From contig JAKALS010000003.1 of the NCBI GenBank assembly GCA_021813145.1, positions 6,114 through 70,113 of the forward strand: 64,000 nt of DNA, in the 5' to 3' direction. The stretch is from a bacterium. Lineage in GTDB: Bacteria; Patescibacteriota; Microgenomatia; Levybacterales; UBA12049. Positions 49,614 through 59,182 of this stretch are shown here, in pieces (the first letter of the stretch is position 1; each line of letters opens with the position of its first letter). Below the pieces are notes generated by a model. That model saw only the letters and a program-made list of their open reading frames with translations, had not been told where the DNA came from and did not search any database. The translations under genes were made by a program, and so were the position numbers.

Positions 49614-51443
49614 TTATTTAAGATTAATTTGGTAAACTTTTCCTCCCGAAAGAATATTAATTATTTTGCTTGATTCGAGCACTTCAAAGTCGTTTGCATT
49701 TTTTAGTATCGGTGATTGGTATTGGGCAACATAATTCCCGTTTTTATCCAGAACTACAATTCTTGAGTTTCCCCTGTCCAATACGTAGACATTATTAAAA
49801 TCGGCGGTTGTATAAATTCTTGTGGGAGAAGAGAACGGCTTATCAAGGCCCGAGACGGTAAGATTTTCGGGATTTCCCCTGAGGAATTTTTCCACCGAGC
49901 CGTTTGAAAAAAGAACCCAGATAGAACCGTCTATCGTCATTGCGTCTGCATTTGAAAGGTCAGGAGAAATTCCGCCGAAATAGTTTGTTTTAGTATATCC
50001 CCCCGAAGTTTCAACAAATTTATCTATCTGTTTGTTATCTTTGTCCAAAACATAAATATTTCCATAATAGACACTTAGTCCCCCTATGTTTTTAGGAAGG
50101 TCGGAGGATTTAATTATTACTTTTGCCGTGCCGCCGGAAGAGGAGACTGAGGATAGTCCGTTTGAGTCTATGTAATAAAAGGTATTGTTATCCTGTGCAA
50201 AATAAGAAGCCTGTGGATTTTTGATTTCCAATGATAAGATAGGACTTGTCGAGGCATCGACTTGGCTTGCCGAAGTCGAATTTACTCCCGAAGATGAATT
50301 TAGCGCCAGATTTACTTTTGCAAGAAGGGCAAGTATTTGTTTTTCCTCGGCCGAATTTTTCGGAAATTCTCCTTTTCCGTTTTCAAGCATCGTTTGAGCT
50401 GCTTGAAAACTGTCGTGAGCCAGGCTTTGATTAAGGCTCAGTAAATCTTCCCCTTCGTTGTATTTTTTCTGAGCCTGTGGATAAACTTGGGCGAAAAGAG
50501 CCTGTGTTTTTTGATCGTTCTGTTTTTTTGTGGCAAGATAAATGCTTGCGACAAACACGACTGCAATTATTACGGCAATTGTCAGGAATATCTTCTTGGA
50601 ATGGTTAATGTTATGAATTTTAGGAAGTTTTAAGTTTGAGACGGGTAGGGTAAACGGGAGCTTGAACCTCGAGAAATAAGAAGTCGATTTTACCTCAACG
50701 GGAGCCTGGGGAAAATAATCGTCGCTTTTTGCCGGTTCTTCTTTTTGTTCTTTCTGGTCTTTTTCTTCATCTTTGGTTTTCCCGGATCCATGTTCTTCTC
50801 CTATCGCAGTTTCTTCATCTGCTGTTTCGGTAAGAAGTGCTTTATAAGAAGTAATCACAGCCGCTGCTCCCGACGCTTTTTCGTTCGAGTGAAGCGTTGG
50901 AGCAAGTGTTTCTGCGATTTCACTGGGGGGGAGATGGTCAATCGAGGAAGATATAACTTCGGAAGGGAAAATATCCGCAAATTGAATAGTTTGAAGGACT
51001 ATGACATCGTTGTCTTGTAAAAATCCCGAGGCGGCTTTGATGGAGGAAGAGGGGGCTTCTTCTATGTGAAGAATTGTCCCGTATTTATCCCCTCTTTTTA
51101 TGTCAACTTTCCCTTTGCCTAGAACAAAAGCATAAAATATATTGTTGACGACTGCTCCGATTACGAAAGAGCAAAATATATTTTCCGGGATTTTTTTTGA
51201 GGTTACCAAAACGGCATTTTTAATGGATTCAAGGTCTTTTGTTTCCAAGCTGTAGTATTCTTGTTCCAGCTTGTCGAGTATCTCTTTTCCCAAAATATTC
51301 AAGAGGTCTTTTTCCTCCGTTTCCTCCTGATTTTTTTCAAGTGAAAGAACGGCAAAAAGCTTACCGGCATTGTAAGCCTGGGCCCAGGAATAAAGAGTGG
51401 GAGTTGCTACTATTTTTGCGAATGTTACGTTCGTGTCGGCCAT
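49614..51443 (-). CDS. Membrane protein: degenerate PP2C-like N-domain, TM, C-terminal beta-propeller (NHL-like)
   Basis: ASGFLQDNDVIVL (PP2C-like), TM at about aa 285-303, repeats NIYVLD / IDGSIWVL / VYVLDRGNSRIVVLDKNG. Confidence 0.7.
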   Translation of the reverse strand: MADTNVTFAKIVATPTLYSWAQAYNAGKLFAVLSLEKNQEETEEKDLLNILGKEILDKLEQEYYSLETKDLESIKNAVLVTSKKIPENIFCSFVIGAVVNNIFYAFVLGKGKVDIKRGDKYGTILHIEEAPSSSIKAASGFLQDNDVIVLQTIQFADIFPSEVISSSIDHLPPSEIAETLAPTLHSNEKASGAAAVITSYKALLTETADEETAIGEEHGSGKTKDEEKDQKEQKEEPAKSDDYFPQAPVEVKSTSYFSRFKLPFTLPVSNLKLPKIHNINHSKKIFLTIAVIIAVVFVASIYLATKKQNDQKTQALFAQVYPQAQKKYNEGEDLLSLNQSLAHDSFQAAQTMLENGKGEFPKNSAEEKQILALLAKVNLALNSSSGVNSTSASQVDASTSPILSLEIKNPQASYFAQDNNTFYYIDSNGLSSVSSSGGTAKVIIKSSDLPKNIGGLSVYYGNIYVLDKDNKQIDKFVETSGGYTKTNYFGGISPDLSNADAMTIDGSIWVLFSNGSVEKFLRGNPENLTVSGLDKPFSSPTRIYTTADFNNVYVLDRGNSRIVVLDKNGNYVAQYQSPILKNANDFEVLESSKIINILSGGKVYQINLK

Positions 51444-51481
51444 TTTCTATAGTATAACAATTGCTGTCAAAAAAGCAAAAA

Positions 51482-53305
51482 CTATCTTTGCTCAACATTA
51501 AATAAAGGACCTACGATCTGAATATTTGAAGGAGCCCTTAAATCGAAGTAGTTTTTAAAATCCTGGCCGTTTATCGTGACGCTTCCGGCATCGCCCGATA
51601 CATTTACGCTCGTAACGCTTCCCGAGCCAAAATCTGCGGAAACAGAAATATTGCTTACCGAATTAAAAGGCGTTACTCCTCTATTCTGAAGTTCCTGCCT
51701 TACCCTTGATGCATCCCAGGTATCCGTTCCTGCAGGATTGGGTTTGTCCGTCTGGTACAGGTGATTTACCGTACTTGAATCTTTTTCGGCAAGAAGAATA
51801 GCGTTTACGATGTCCGCAACTTCACTGCTTTGAAGCCAGGCTGTTCCGTTGTACTGGCTCCTCGAACCCCAGTCGCAATAAAACCAGGGCGAGCTTTTAT
51901 CATATGCATTGTTTTGCAAGTCGGAAAAGCTCCCAATATTAGAGGACGCGTCTTGGGCAGTTTTCGTGTAGGATGTTGCGGCCCAGCCTATGTCTGCGGA
52001 GGAATGGACGTAGCCTCCATGGGTTGAAGAAAACCAAGCCTTTATAGGAGAGCCTCCGCTTGTCATAACCTGGCCTGCGGTAGCTTTTACCGCTTGGCAC
52101 CAGCCGTCACACGGGTTATCGTGGCCCGTAAGTTTTACCTCCTGACAATGCTGGTCCGCGCAAATAGAGCTTGCTCCGTTGTTGGTTGCGGCCATTACGT
52201 AAGAGCGTGCTGCAATAGCTTGCGCTTCCAGAGCTGCTTGGGGCCAGTTCGCCGGCATTTCGTATACGTGCTGAAGGTATGTTTCAAGGTCCCATGTCTG
52301 GTTTACTGTCTCTCCATAATCGTTTGTCCCTGAGACGGTAATATTGGGGTCACCCAGGTTTGAAATCTGAAAATTTGTGTAATAAGCATTCAGTATATCG
52401 TTATAGCCCTCCCCGGCATTGGCCCTTCCCAGAGCTCCGTATTGGTTGAGTCCTACTCTGTTTGGCACTCCATAAGTGAAGAATCCGAATTTTGTTCCCG
52501 AAAATCCCGGGTCTTTATACGGGCTTATGTCACTCGAGCATCCTCCTCCAAGACCGGCATAAGCGGTCAGCGGGATGTGGAGACCTGCAAGTTTTGCGGC
52601 AATAATTGACTGTTGTATAGAATTTAGCTCGGAGAGTTGCGTCGAAAGAGTCTGCTGATAGGCTTTGGCTTTAGAGATAATGTCATTCAGTTGGGAAGAT
52701 TGCTGGTCAAGGCTCGATTCCAGTGAAGTTAATCTTGCCTGTTCGCTTTGAAGCTCGTTGCTTCTAACCTCCAGATCCTGTATGGATAGGGCTATGTTTG
52801 TAATTATTTCCTTGTCCTGATTTGTTGCGGCTCTCTGGTAAGCCAGGATTTGCGTAAGCTGCGTGGCCGATTGAGCCGATAAAAGAGCCAGAAGCGGAGA
52901 ATTGTAATAGCTTTTGATGTAATAATCGGAAATAGCTTTGTCCAGAATTATTTCTTTCTTTGCTATATCGCTGTACCCCTGGTTTATCTGTTGTTTTTTT
53001 AAGGTCAAATCATTTTGAATGCTAATCAAACTCGACTTTAGACCCTGTATTTGCGTTTGGAGGCTGTTTAATTGTGATTCCAAAGGGGTAGTAGCATTTA
53101 TGGATTCTTGTAGGGCTTGGTTAATACTCGTCGAACACTGATTCAAGAGGTCCTGGCAAGCAGAGCCGAAGCCGTTTGTTCCTCCGCAGGCATTTTGGAT
53201 ATTTGACATATCGCAGCTAGTATTTTGCGCATTTGTTTTAGGCAAGAAAAAAATAAGGCTTGATAAAGCAAATAAAAAAATAAAGAGGAAAAGGATTTTT
53301 TTCAT
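51482..53305 (-). CDS. Secreted coiled-coil + SpoIID/LytB domain peptidoglycan hydrolase
   Basis: Signal peptide, Gln/Leu coiled coil, ETYL...EMPANW...ALEAQAIAARSY and VGLNQYGA...ILNAYY. Confidence 0.85.
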   Translation of the reverse strand: MKKILFLFIFLFALSSLIFFLPKTNAQNTSCDMSNIQNACGGTNGFGSACQDLLNQCSTSINQALQESINATTPLESQLNSLQTQIQGLKSSLISIQNDLTLKKQQINQGYSDIAKKEIILDKAISDYYIKSYYNSPLLALLSAQSATQLTQILAYQRAATNQDKEIITNIALSIQDLEVRSNELQSEQARLTSLESSLDQQSSQLNDIISKAKAYQQTLSTQLSELNSIQQSIIAAKLAGLHIPLTAYAGLGGGCSSDISPYKDPGFSGTKFGFFTYGVPNRVGLNQYGALGRANAGEGYNDILNAYYTNFQISNLGDPNITVSGTNDYGETVNQTWDLETYLQHVYEMPANWPQAALEAQAIAARSYVMAATNNGASSICADQHCQEVKLTGHDNPCDGWCQAVKATAGQVMTSGGSPIKAWFSSTHGGYVHSSADIGWAATSYTKTAQDASSNIGSFSDLQNNAYDKSSPWFYCDWGSRSQYNGTAWLQSSEVADIVNAILLAEKDSSTVNHLYQTDKPNPAGTDTWDASRVRQELQNRGVTPFNSVSNISVSADFGSGSVTSVNVSGDAGSVTINGQDFKNYFDLRAPSNIQIVGPLFNVEQR

Positions 53306-53339
53306 GCTTTAATATTATACCAGACAGGGGTAGACGGGT

Positions 53340-53368
53340 TTGTAAGGAATGGGGTTAAATGCTATCAT
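53340..53368 (+). promoter_or_regulatory. sigma70 promoter (leaderless rpiB)
   Basis: TTGTAA-17-TATCAT-6 nt-ATG. Confidence 0.65.
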
Positions 53369-53374
53369 GGGTTT

Positions 53375-53830
53375 ATGAAAATATATCTTGCCTCGGACCA
53401 TGCGGGTTTTTCTTTAAAAGAAGGAATAAAAAGGTTTTTGCTTGAGGGCGGATACGAAGTCGAAGACTTTGGAGCTTTTTCTTACCATAAAGACGACGAC
53501 TACCCCTTGTTTATAGAAAAAGCTGCAGAAAAAGTTTCCCGGGAAGAGGGGTCGTTGGGCATAGTATTTGGGAAATCCGGGACGGGGGAAGAGATTGCGG
53601 CAAATAAGATAAGAAACGTAAGGGCGTTTACGGGAGTTGACAGGGAAAATGTGATTCTTGCAAGGCAGCATAATAACGCAAATGTCCTTTCTTTAGGTTC
53701 GGAGTTTGTAACTTTGGAAAAAGCAAAAGAACTTGTGGGGCTGTTTATCTCAACTCCTTTTTCTAACAAGCCAAGACACATAAGAAGGTTGGATGAAATA
53801 GCACAGATTGAAGAAGAGGAAGAGGCATGA
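53375..53830 (+). CDS. rpiB: RpiB/LacAB family sugar-phosphate isomerase
   Basis: ASDHAG, DDYP, SGTGEEIAANK, ARQHNNANVL and RHIRR. Confidence 0.9.
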   Translation: MKIYLASDHAGFSLKEGIKRFLLEGGYEVEDFGAFSYHKDDDYPLFIEKAAEKVSREEGSLGIVFGKSGTGEEIAANKIRNVRAFTGVDRENVILARQHNNANVLSLGSEFVTLEKAKELVGLFISTPFSNKPRHIRRLDEIAQIEEEEEA

Positions 53831-54465
53831 GAGAGGTAATACCCGGAATTTTGGAAAAAAACTTTTCAGACGTAGAGAAAAAAATAGATTCCGTTAAAAG
53901 TTTTGCAACAGTTATACATATTGATTTTATTGATAATAAATTCGCCTCAAATCTTACTGTTTTAGACCCCGCTTTTTTTAGAAAATATTCCGGAGAATTT
54001 TTTTTGGAGGCACATTTAATGGTTGATGAACCGATAAATTATTTAGACGGTCTTTCGCGGGCGGGCTTCAAGAGGTTTTTGGGACACATCGAAAAGATGT
54101 CTTCAATTTCGGACTTTGTTGCAAAAGCACAAACTCTTGGAGAAACGGGTTTAGCCCTGGATCTTGAAACAGAGCTCAAGGAGCTTGATATAAGATTCGA
54201 GGATTTGGACGTCGTTCTTTTGATGGGAGTAAAAGCAGGTCTTTCCGGACAGCAGTTCTCCCAAAAAACGCTCGAAAAAATAAAAGCAGTAAGGCAAAAA
54301 ACGGCAATCCCGATAGAAGTTGACGGCGGCATTAACGATAAAACAATAATAGACTGCAAAAAGGCGGGAGCCGATAGGTTTATTTCCACGAGTTTTATCT
54401 TCAATGGGGAACCCCGGAGCCAATACGATAAACTCTTGTCTTTAGTTAATGTACAACAATTTTAG
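53827..54465 (+). CDS. rpe: Ribulose-phosphate 3-epimerase
   Basis: HIDFID, EAHLMV, MGV..G.SGQ and EVDGGIN. Confidence 0.9.
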   Translation: MREVIPGILEKNFSDVEKKIDSVKSFATVIHIDFIDNKFASNLTVLDPAFFRKYSGEFFLEAHLMVDEPINYLDGLSRAGFKRFLGHIEKMSSISDFVAKAQTLGETGLALDLETELKELDIRFEDLDVVLLMGVKAGLSGQQFSQKTLEKIKAVRQKTAIPIEVDGGINDKTIIDCKKAGADRFISTSFIFNGEPRSQYDKLLSLVNVQQF

Positions 54466-56821
54466 GAGTCGCGCTTGGAGTTGCAATATAGTTGCAGTTT
54501 ACGGAGTTTTCCGTTCCTTTTATAAAAACCTCGGGTTTTCCGTAACAAATTTTTGTGACGATGTCCGACGGAACGGGAAAAGTGGGGTTTGAAACGTTTC
54601 CAAGAAGCATCGACATAATTTTATTCCAAATGGGAGCGGCGCCTGTTATCCCAGAAGCAAGAGTCTGACTCATCGGGCTGTTATCGTTATTTCCCACCCA
54701 CACGGCTACTACATAAGAAGGAGTATATCCAATTGTCCAGTTGTCCCTTTTATTGTCGGTTGTTCCGGTCTTTACCGCTACCGTCTGCCCCGGAATATTG
54801 AGGGGGGAGTTTAATCCGAACTCCCATGCCCTTGCGTTGTTGTCAGAAAGAATACTCGATATTATGTAGGCTACCCCCGGGTCTAAAACCTGGTCTCCCT
54901 GGGGTTCACCTTTTTGATAAAGAACATCGCCCTGATAATCGGTTACTTTTAGTATCGGATTTAAGTCTACTCTTTTACCTTCGTTTGCCAAAGTACCGTA
55001 AACGGTTGCCATATCGGTCATCTTTACATCAGCCGCTCCAAGCGTTAGAGAAAGGCCGTATTGGGAAGGATTTCCCCAGGTAGTTATTCCCATTTTTTTT
55101 GCCATATCGACCATTTTTGCAATTCCTACTTTTTGAAGGGTTTTGACTGCGGGGATATTGAAAGAGTTCGCAAAAGCTATTCTTAGGGGCACATTCCCGT
55201 GAAAAGCTCCGTCGTAATTTACGGGCGTATACGGAGGGATTCCGGGAAAAGTTGTCGGAGAATCGTTGATAATTGTCGCCGCGGTAAAGCCGTTGGAAAG
55301 GGCAGTTGCGTATGTGGCAACTTTTATGGAGGAGCCCGGTTGTCTTAATGCCATAGTAACGTTTACGTTTCCCCCATCCGGGTCGTTGTAATCTTTACTT
55401 CCGACCATTGCGAGGATATCTCCGTTTGCGGGGTCTGTAACAAGAGCGGCCCCGTTGGTCAGGTTAAGGTATTCGTCCGCATCAACCTCGTTTGTTACAA
55501 TATTTTGCGCTTTGTCTTGGATATTTAGATCAAGGCTTGTTACCACATTAAGTCCTCCTTTTTCTACCGCCGCGAGTCCATATTGCTGTATGAGAAGATT
55601 TTTTACATACATCACAAAATGAGGTGCGTGAATCGGTACTGCGGGCGGTAAGAAAACCAGTTTTTCTTCTAAGGCTTGATTTTTCTGCTCTGCTGTTATA
55701 TATCCCTGCTGGTACATAGCTTCAAGGACTTGAGTTTGTCTCTGTTTCCAAAGGTCCGGATTTTCGCCATAAGGAGAGTAAACGGTTGGCTCTTGCGGCA
55801 TTCCCGCTAAAAATGCGGACTGGGCGAGGTCCAAGTCTTTAACGTTTTCCCCAAAATAAGTTTCGGCTGCTGCTTCTACGCCCCATGCGGTTCCTCCATA
55901 TGGAACCTGATTAAAGTACATTTCAAGAATTTGGTTTTTCGTATATATCCTCTCGGCCCATACGGCAAGAACAATCTCTTTTATTTTTCTCTGGATACTT
56001 ACTTCAGGAGTCAAGAGGGTAGATTTTATTAATTGTTGCGTAATGGTTGAGCCTCCTTGAATGGGTTTTCCCGACAAATCGGCGATCGCAGCCCTTATTA
56101 TTCCGTTTATGTCAAACCCCGGATTTTTATAGAAGTCTTTGTCCTCTATTGCTATCGTTGCGTTTATCAGATTTTGAGGAACAGAAGAAAGCGGGACAAG
56201 GGTTCTATTTTCGTTTGCGTATATCTGGTAAAGGAGAACACCGTTTCTGTCGTATATTTTTGTGGTTTGGGCAATTTCCCTTAATGACAATTGTTTGGGA
56301 TTAGGAAGGTCATCTAAGAAAATTACCGCAAGAAGCGGCAGGAAAATAAATATAAAACAAAAGAGAGCGCCAAAGAAAAAATACTTGAATCTTATTCTCA
56401 TAAGATGCGGTTTTTGGTAGATAACAACGGGAGCTTTTTGTTTTTTTAGCCTAATTTTCTTCCCCGCTGTTTTCTTTGGCAAAAAAACCGGAAGTTTGAT
56501 TTTAGGAAAAGACAATCTTATGGGCGGTATTGATATTTTCGGAAGCGAATGGACGCCTATTTTAGGAAAAGAAAATTTTGGTAAATTTAAATTTTTTTTA
56601 CTTTTCGCGTAGACAACCGCTTCCTTACCGAATTTTATTCTTCTTGAAAGCTGTTGACGCCGGACTGTTTTTTTAAAGAATATTTTTTGATATTTAACAA
56701 GGGCTTTAGATTTGAGCAAAAACAAGAGTTTTAAGGGAAGGTTAATGGCCCAAAGAGTCGCATCGCCTATTTTTATCAAAAGGTTTAAAATGAGTACGAC
56801 AAAATCTACTATAAGTCTCAT
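54446..56821 (-). CDS. Class A penicillin-binding protein (PBP1A family)
   Basis: GT51 motifs EDKDFY, GGSTITQQL, RKIKE; transpeptidase motifs SSIK, SFN, KTG. Confidence 0.94.
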   Translation of the reverse strand: MRLIVDFVVLILNLLIKIGDATLWAINLPLKLLFLLKSKALVKYQKIFFKKTVRRQQLSRRIKFGKEAVVYAKSKKNLNLPKFSFPKIGVHSLPKISIPPIRLSFPKIKLPVFLPKKTAGKKIRLKKQKAPVVIYQKPHLMRIRFKYFFFGALFCFIFIFLPLLAVIFLDDLPNPKQLSLREIAQTTKIYDRNGVLLYQIYANENRTLVPLSSVPQNLINATIAIEDKDFYKNPGFDINGIIRAAIADLSGKPIQGGSTITQQLIKSTLLTPEVSIQRKIKEIVLAVWAERIYTKNQILEMYFNQVPYGGTAWGVEAAAETYFGENVKDLDLAQSAFLAGMPQEPTVYSPYGENPDLWKQRQTQVLEAMYQQGYITAEQKNQALEEKLVFLPPAVPIHAPHFVMYVKNLLIQQYGLAAVEKGGLNVVTSLDLNIQDKAQNIVTNEVDADEYLNLTNGAALVTDPANGDILAMVGSKDYNDPDGGNVNVTMALRQPGSSIKVATYATALSNGFTAATIINDSPTTFPGIPPYTPVNYDGAFHGNVPLRIAFANSFNIPAVKTLQKVGIAKMVDMAKKMGITTWGNPSQYGLSLTLGAADVKMTDMATVYGTLANEGKRVDLNPILKVTDYQGDVLYQKGEPQGDQVLDPGVAYIISSILSDNNARAWEFGLNSPLNIPGQTVAVKTGTTDNKRDNWTIGYTPSYVVAVWVGNNDNSPMSQTLASGITGAAPIWNKIMSMLLGNVSNPTFPVPSDIVTKICYGKPEVFIKGTENSVNCNYIATPSATPKIVVH

Positions 56822-56929
56822 ATTTTTGAAATAGGCAGAGGGATGGAGGAATTATACTATTGAGACCCAGCTTTGAAAAGAGGCAAAAATTCTAAGACAT
56901 TTTCATTTATTTTAAAAATAAAAAACTGA

Positions 56930-59116
56930 TTAGTGTGACGTAGGAGTTGGAGACGGAGTGGGAGTGGGGTGAGGGCAGGTTAAGCAATATTTGTCTCCCG
57001 TCGGGTCTGTGTATACTGTTTCCTGTTTGCTCTCCAGATTATCGGTCTGTCCCTTAGCGGGAAGATCCTGAGTTGTTTTATCTACCATAGTGGGCCCGCT
57101 TGTGAGAGTTCCATTTTCTTTTTCGGTGCCTTTTATAAAGTATTCAAAACGGGTAGGGCACGAAACGCCTCCTCCTGCCATTGAGGGAAAAAGTCCGGTA
57201 TCCGAGCACACGGATTTTTGGATTATATCGGGAGGTCTGGATTCGGGTTGAGGAGTTTTCCCTTTTAAAAGATAAGACATGATATCATTCCAGATCGGAG
57301 CAGCCCCCGTTATCCCCGAAGCCAGTCCGCTCATCGGACTGTTGTCGTCGTTTCCTACCCAAGCGGCGACAAGGTAGGAAGGAGTATATCCTATCGTCCA
57401 GTTATCCCTAAAATCGTTTGTGGTTCCCGTTTTAACGGATACTACTTGCCCGGGAATTTTAAGCGAAGAATTATCTCCAAACTCCATTACTCTCGCTCCG
57501 TTATCCGCCAGTATGTCAGAAATTATATAGGCTACTCCTTCAGGGATAACTTTTTGTCCGAAAATCGGACTTGGGGGAGGATTATATTGTTCCAGAACTT
57601 TCCCTGTTCTGTCGGTAATTTTAAGAATAGGATGCAAATTGACCCTGTATCCTTCATTTGCAAAGACACCGAAAGCGGTTGCCATATCCGTCATTCTTAC
57701 ATCTGCCCCCCCAAGCGTTAAAGATAAGCCGTAATCCTTGGGGTCGGTAAATGTTGTTATTCCCATCGCGGAAGCTGTTGCTATCATAGATTTTATTCCG
57801 TTTAATTCGAGCATTTTAACGGCGGGTATGTTTATGGAATTTCCCAACGCGTATCTCATTTGGACGATTCCGTGCCATTTATAATCGTAATTATGCGGAC
57901 AATACTGCTTTCCTCCCTGATCGGGAAAACAGATGGGCTCGTCTATAAAACCCGTTGCCGCAGAATATCCCTTCATAAGGCCGACGGCATAGTTTATCGG
58001 CTTTATCGAAGATCCCGGTTGCCTTAATGCTGTCGTAACATTTACGTTTCCGTCTATTGCAGTGTCGAAATAATCCTTGCTTCCTACCATTGCAAGGATT
58101 TCTCCCGTTGCCGGATCGGTAACAAGCGCGGCTCCGTTTGTGACATGGTAGTAGGAGGGGAGCGCGTCGACTTCTTTGGCAACGGAATCCTGGGCATAAT
58201 TTTGAATGTTGGAATCGAGGGTTGTTATTACTTTAAGTCCTCCCTGGTCGACCATTTTTTGTCCGTATTTTGCTATTAAAAGGTCTTTTATGTAAAGAAC
58301 GAAGTGGGGTGCCTCTATAGAGTTTGAAATTTTTTTATAGTTTAGAGTTTCTTTTTCCGCTTGTTGCTCCTGGGTTTTTGTTATATACCCCTGCTGATAC
58401 ATTGCCTGGAGCACCTCTATTTGTCTTTGTTTGCCTAGTTCCGGGTGGGAACCGAATGGCGAAAATTCCGTAGGGGCCTGGGGAAGTCCCGCCAAAAGAG
58501 CACTTTCCGCAAGGTCCAGGTCTTTTGCATGCTTGCCGAAATACGTCTCGGCCGCAGCTTCCACACCATAAGAGGTCCCTCCGTATGGGACCTGGTTAAG
58601 GTACATTTCAAGAATCTGATTTTTTGAGTAGATAAGCTCGGTAGCGTAGGCAAGAATTACTTCCTTTATCTTTCTGGGTATTGTCTGTTCCTGTGTTAAA
58701 AGGCCGTTTTTAACAAGCTGTTGCGTGAGAGTAGATCCTCCCTGTATCTGCTGATGGAAAATAATGGAGAAAGCGGCTCTTGCTATTCCCCTAAAATCCA
58801 CAGCTCCATGGTTATAAAAATTTCTGTCCTCTATTGCTATTGTTGCTTCCTGCATATATTTCGGGATACCCGAAAGAGGAACAAATATCTGGTTTTTTTT
58901 GTCATATATGTTGTATAAAAGTTTTCCGTTTCTGTCATAAATAAGAGTCGATTGAGCCGCAGACGTACTCGCCAGTTTAGTCGGAAGGGGAAGGTCTCTT
59001 AATATCGTAAAGTAGAAAATTATAAAAAAAAGCGCAAGCAGGGAAACAATTATGAGATTATTTCTTAGAAAGTGTTTTCTGAAACTTTCGATGATTTCTT
59101 TCGGGGCTTTTTTCAC
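56930..59116 (-). CDS. Class A penicillin-binding protein (PBP1A family)
   Basis: EDRNFYNH, GGSTLTQQL, SSIK, SIN, KTG; PT-rich tail. Confidence 0.94.
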   Translation of the reverse strand: MKKAPKEIIESFRKHFLRNNLIIVSLLALFFIIFYFTILRDLPLPTKLASTSAAQSTLIYDRNGKLLYNIYDKKNQIFVPLSGIPKYMQEATIAIEDRNFYNHGAVDFRGIARAAFSIIFHQQIQGGSTLTQQLVKNGLLTQEQTIPRKIKEVILAYATELIYSKNQILEMYLNQVPYGGTSYGVEAAAETYFGKHAKDLDLAESALLAGLPQAPTEFSPFGSHPELGKQRQIEVLQAMYQQGYITKTQEQQAEKETLNYKKISNSIEAPHFVLYIKDLLIAKYGQKMVDQGGLKVITTLDSNIQNYAQDSVAKEVDALPSYYHVTNGAALVTDPATGEILAMVGSKDYFDTAIDGNVNVTTALRQPGSSIKPINYAVGLMKGYSAATGFIDEPICFPDQGGKQYCPHNYDYKWHGIVQMRYALGNSINIPAVKMLELNGIKSMIATASAMGITTFTDPKDYGLSLTLGGADVRMTDMATAFGVFANEGYRVNLHPILKITDRTGKVLEQYNPPPSPIFGQKVIPEGVAYIISDILADNGARVMEFGDNSSLKIPGQVVSVKTGTTNDFRDNWTIGYTPSYLVAAWVGNDDNSPMSGLASGITGAAPIWNDIMSYLLKGKTPQPESRPPDIIQKSVCSDTGLFPSMAGGGVSCPTRFEYFIKGTEKENGTLTSGPTMVDKTTQDLPAKGQTDNLESKQETVYTDPTGDKYCLTCPHPTPTPSPTPTSH

Positions 59117-59182
59117 CCACCTATAATACCATTATATTTAGAGACTGACAACTCTTGTTCGGTATTGTTATAATGTTCAAAT

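Noticed and set aside
56935-56975. GGAGTG-like repeats
   Set aside because: They simply encode the Pro-Thr/Ser tail of PBP1A.
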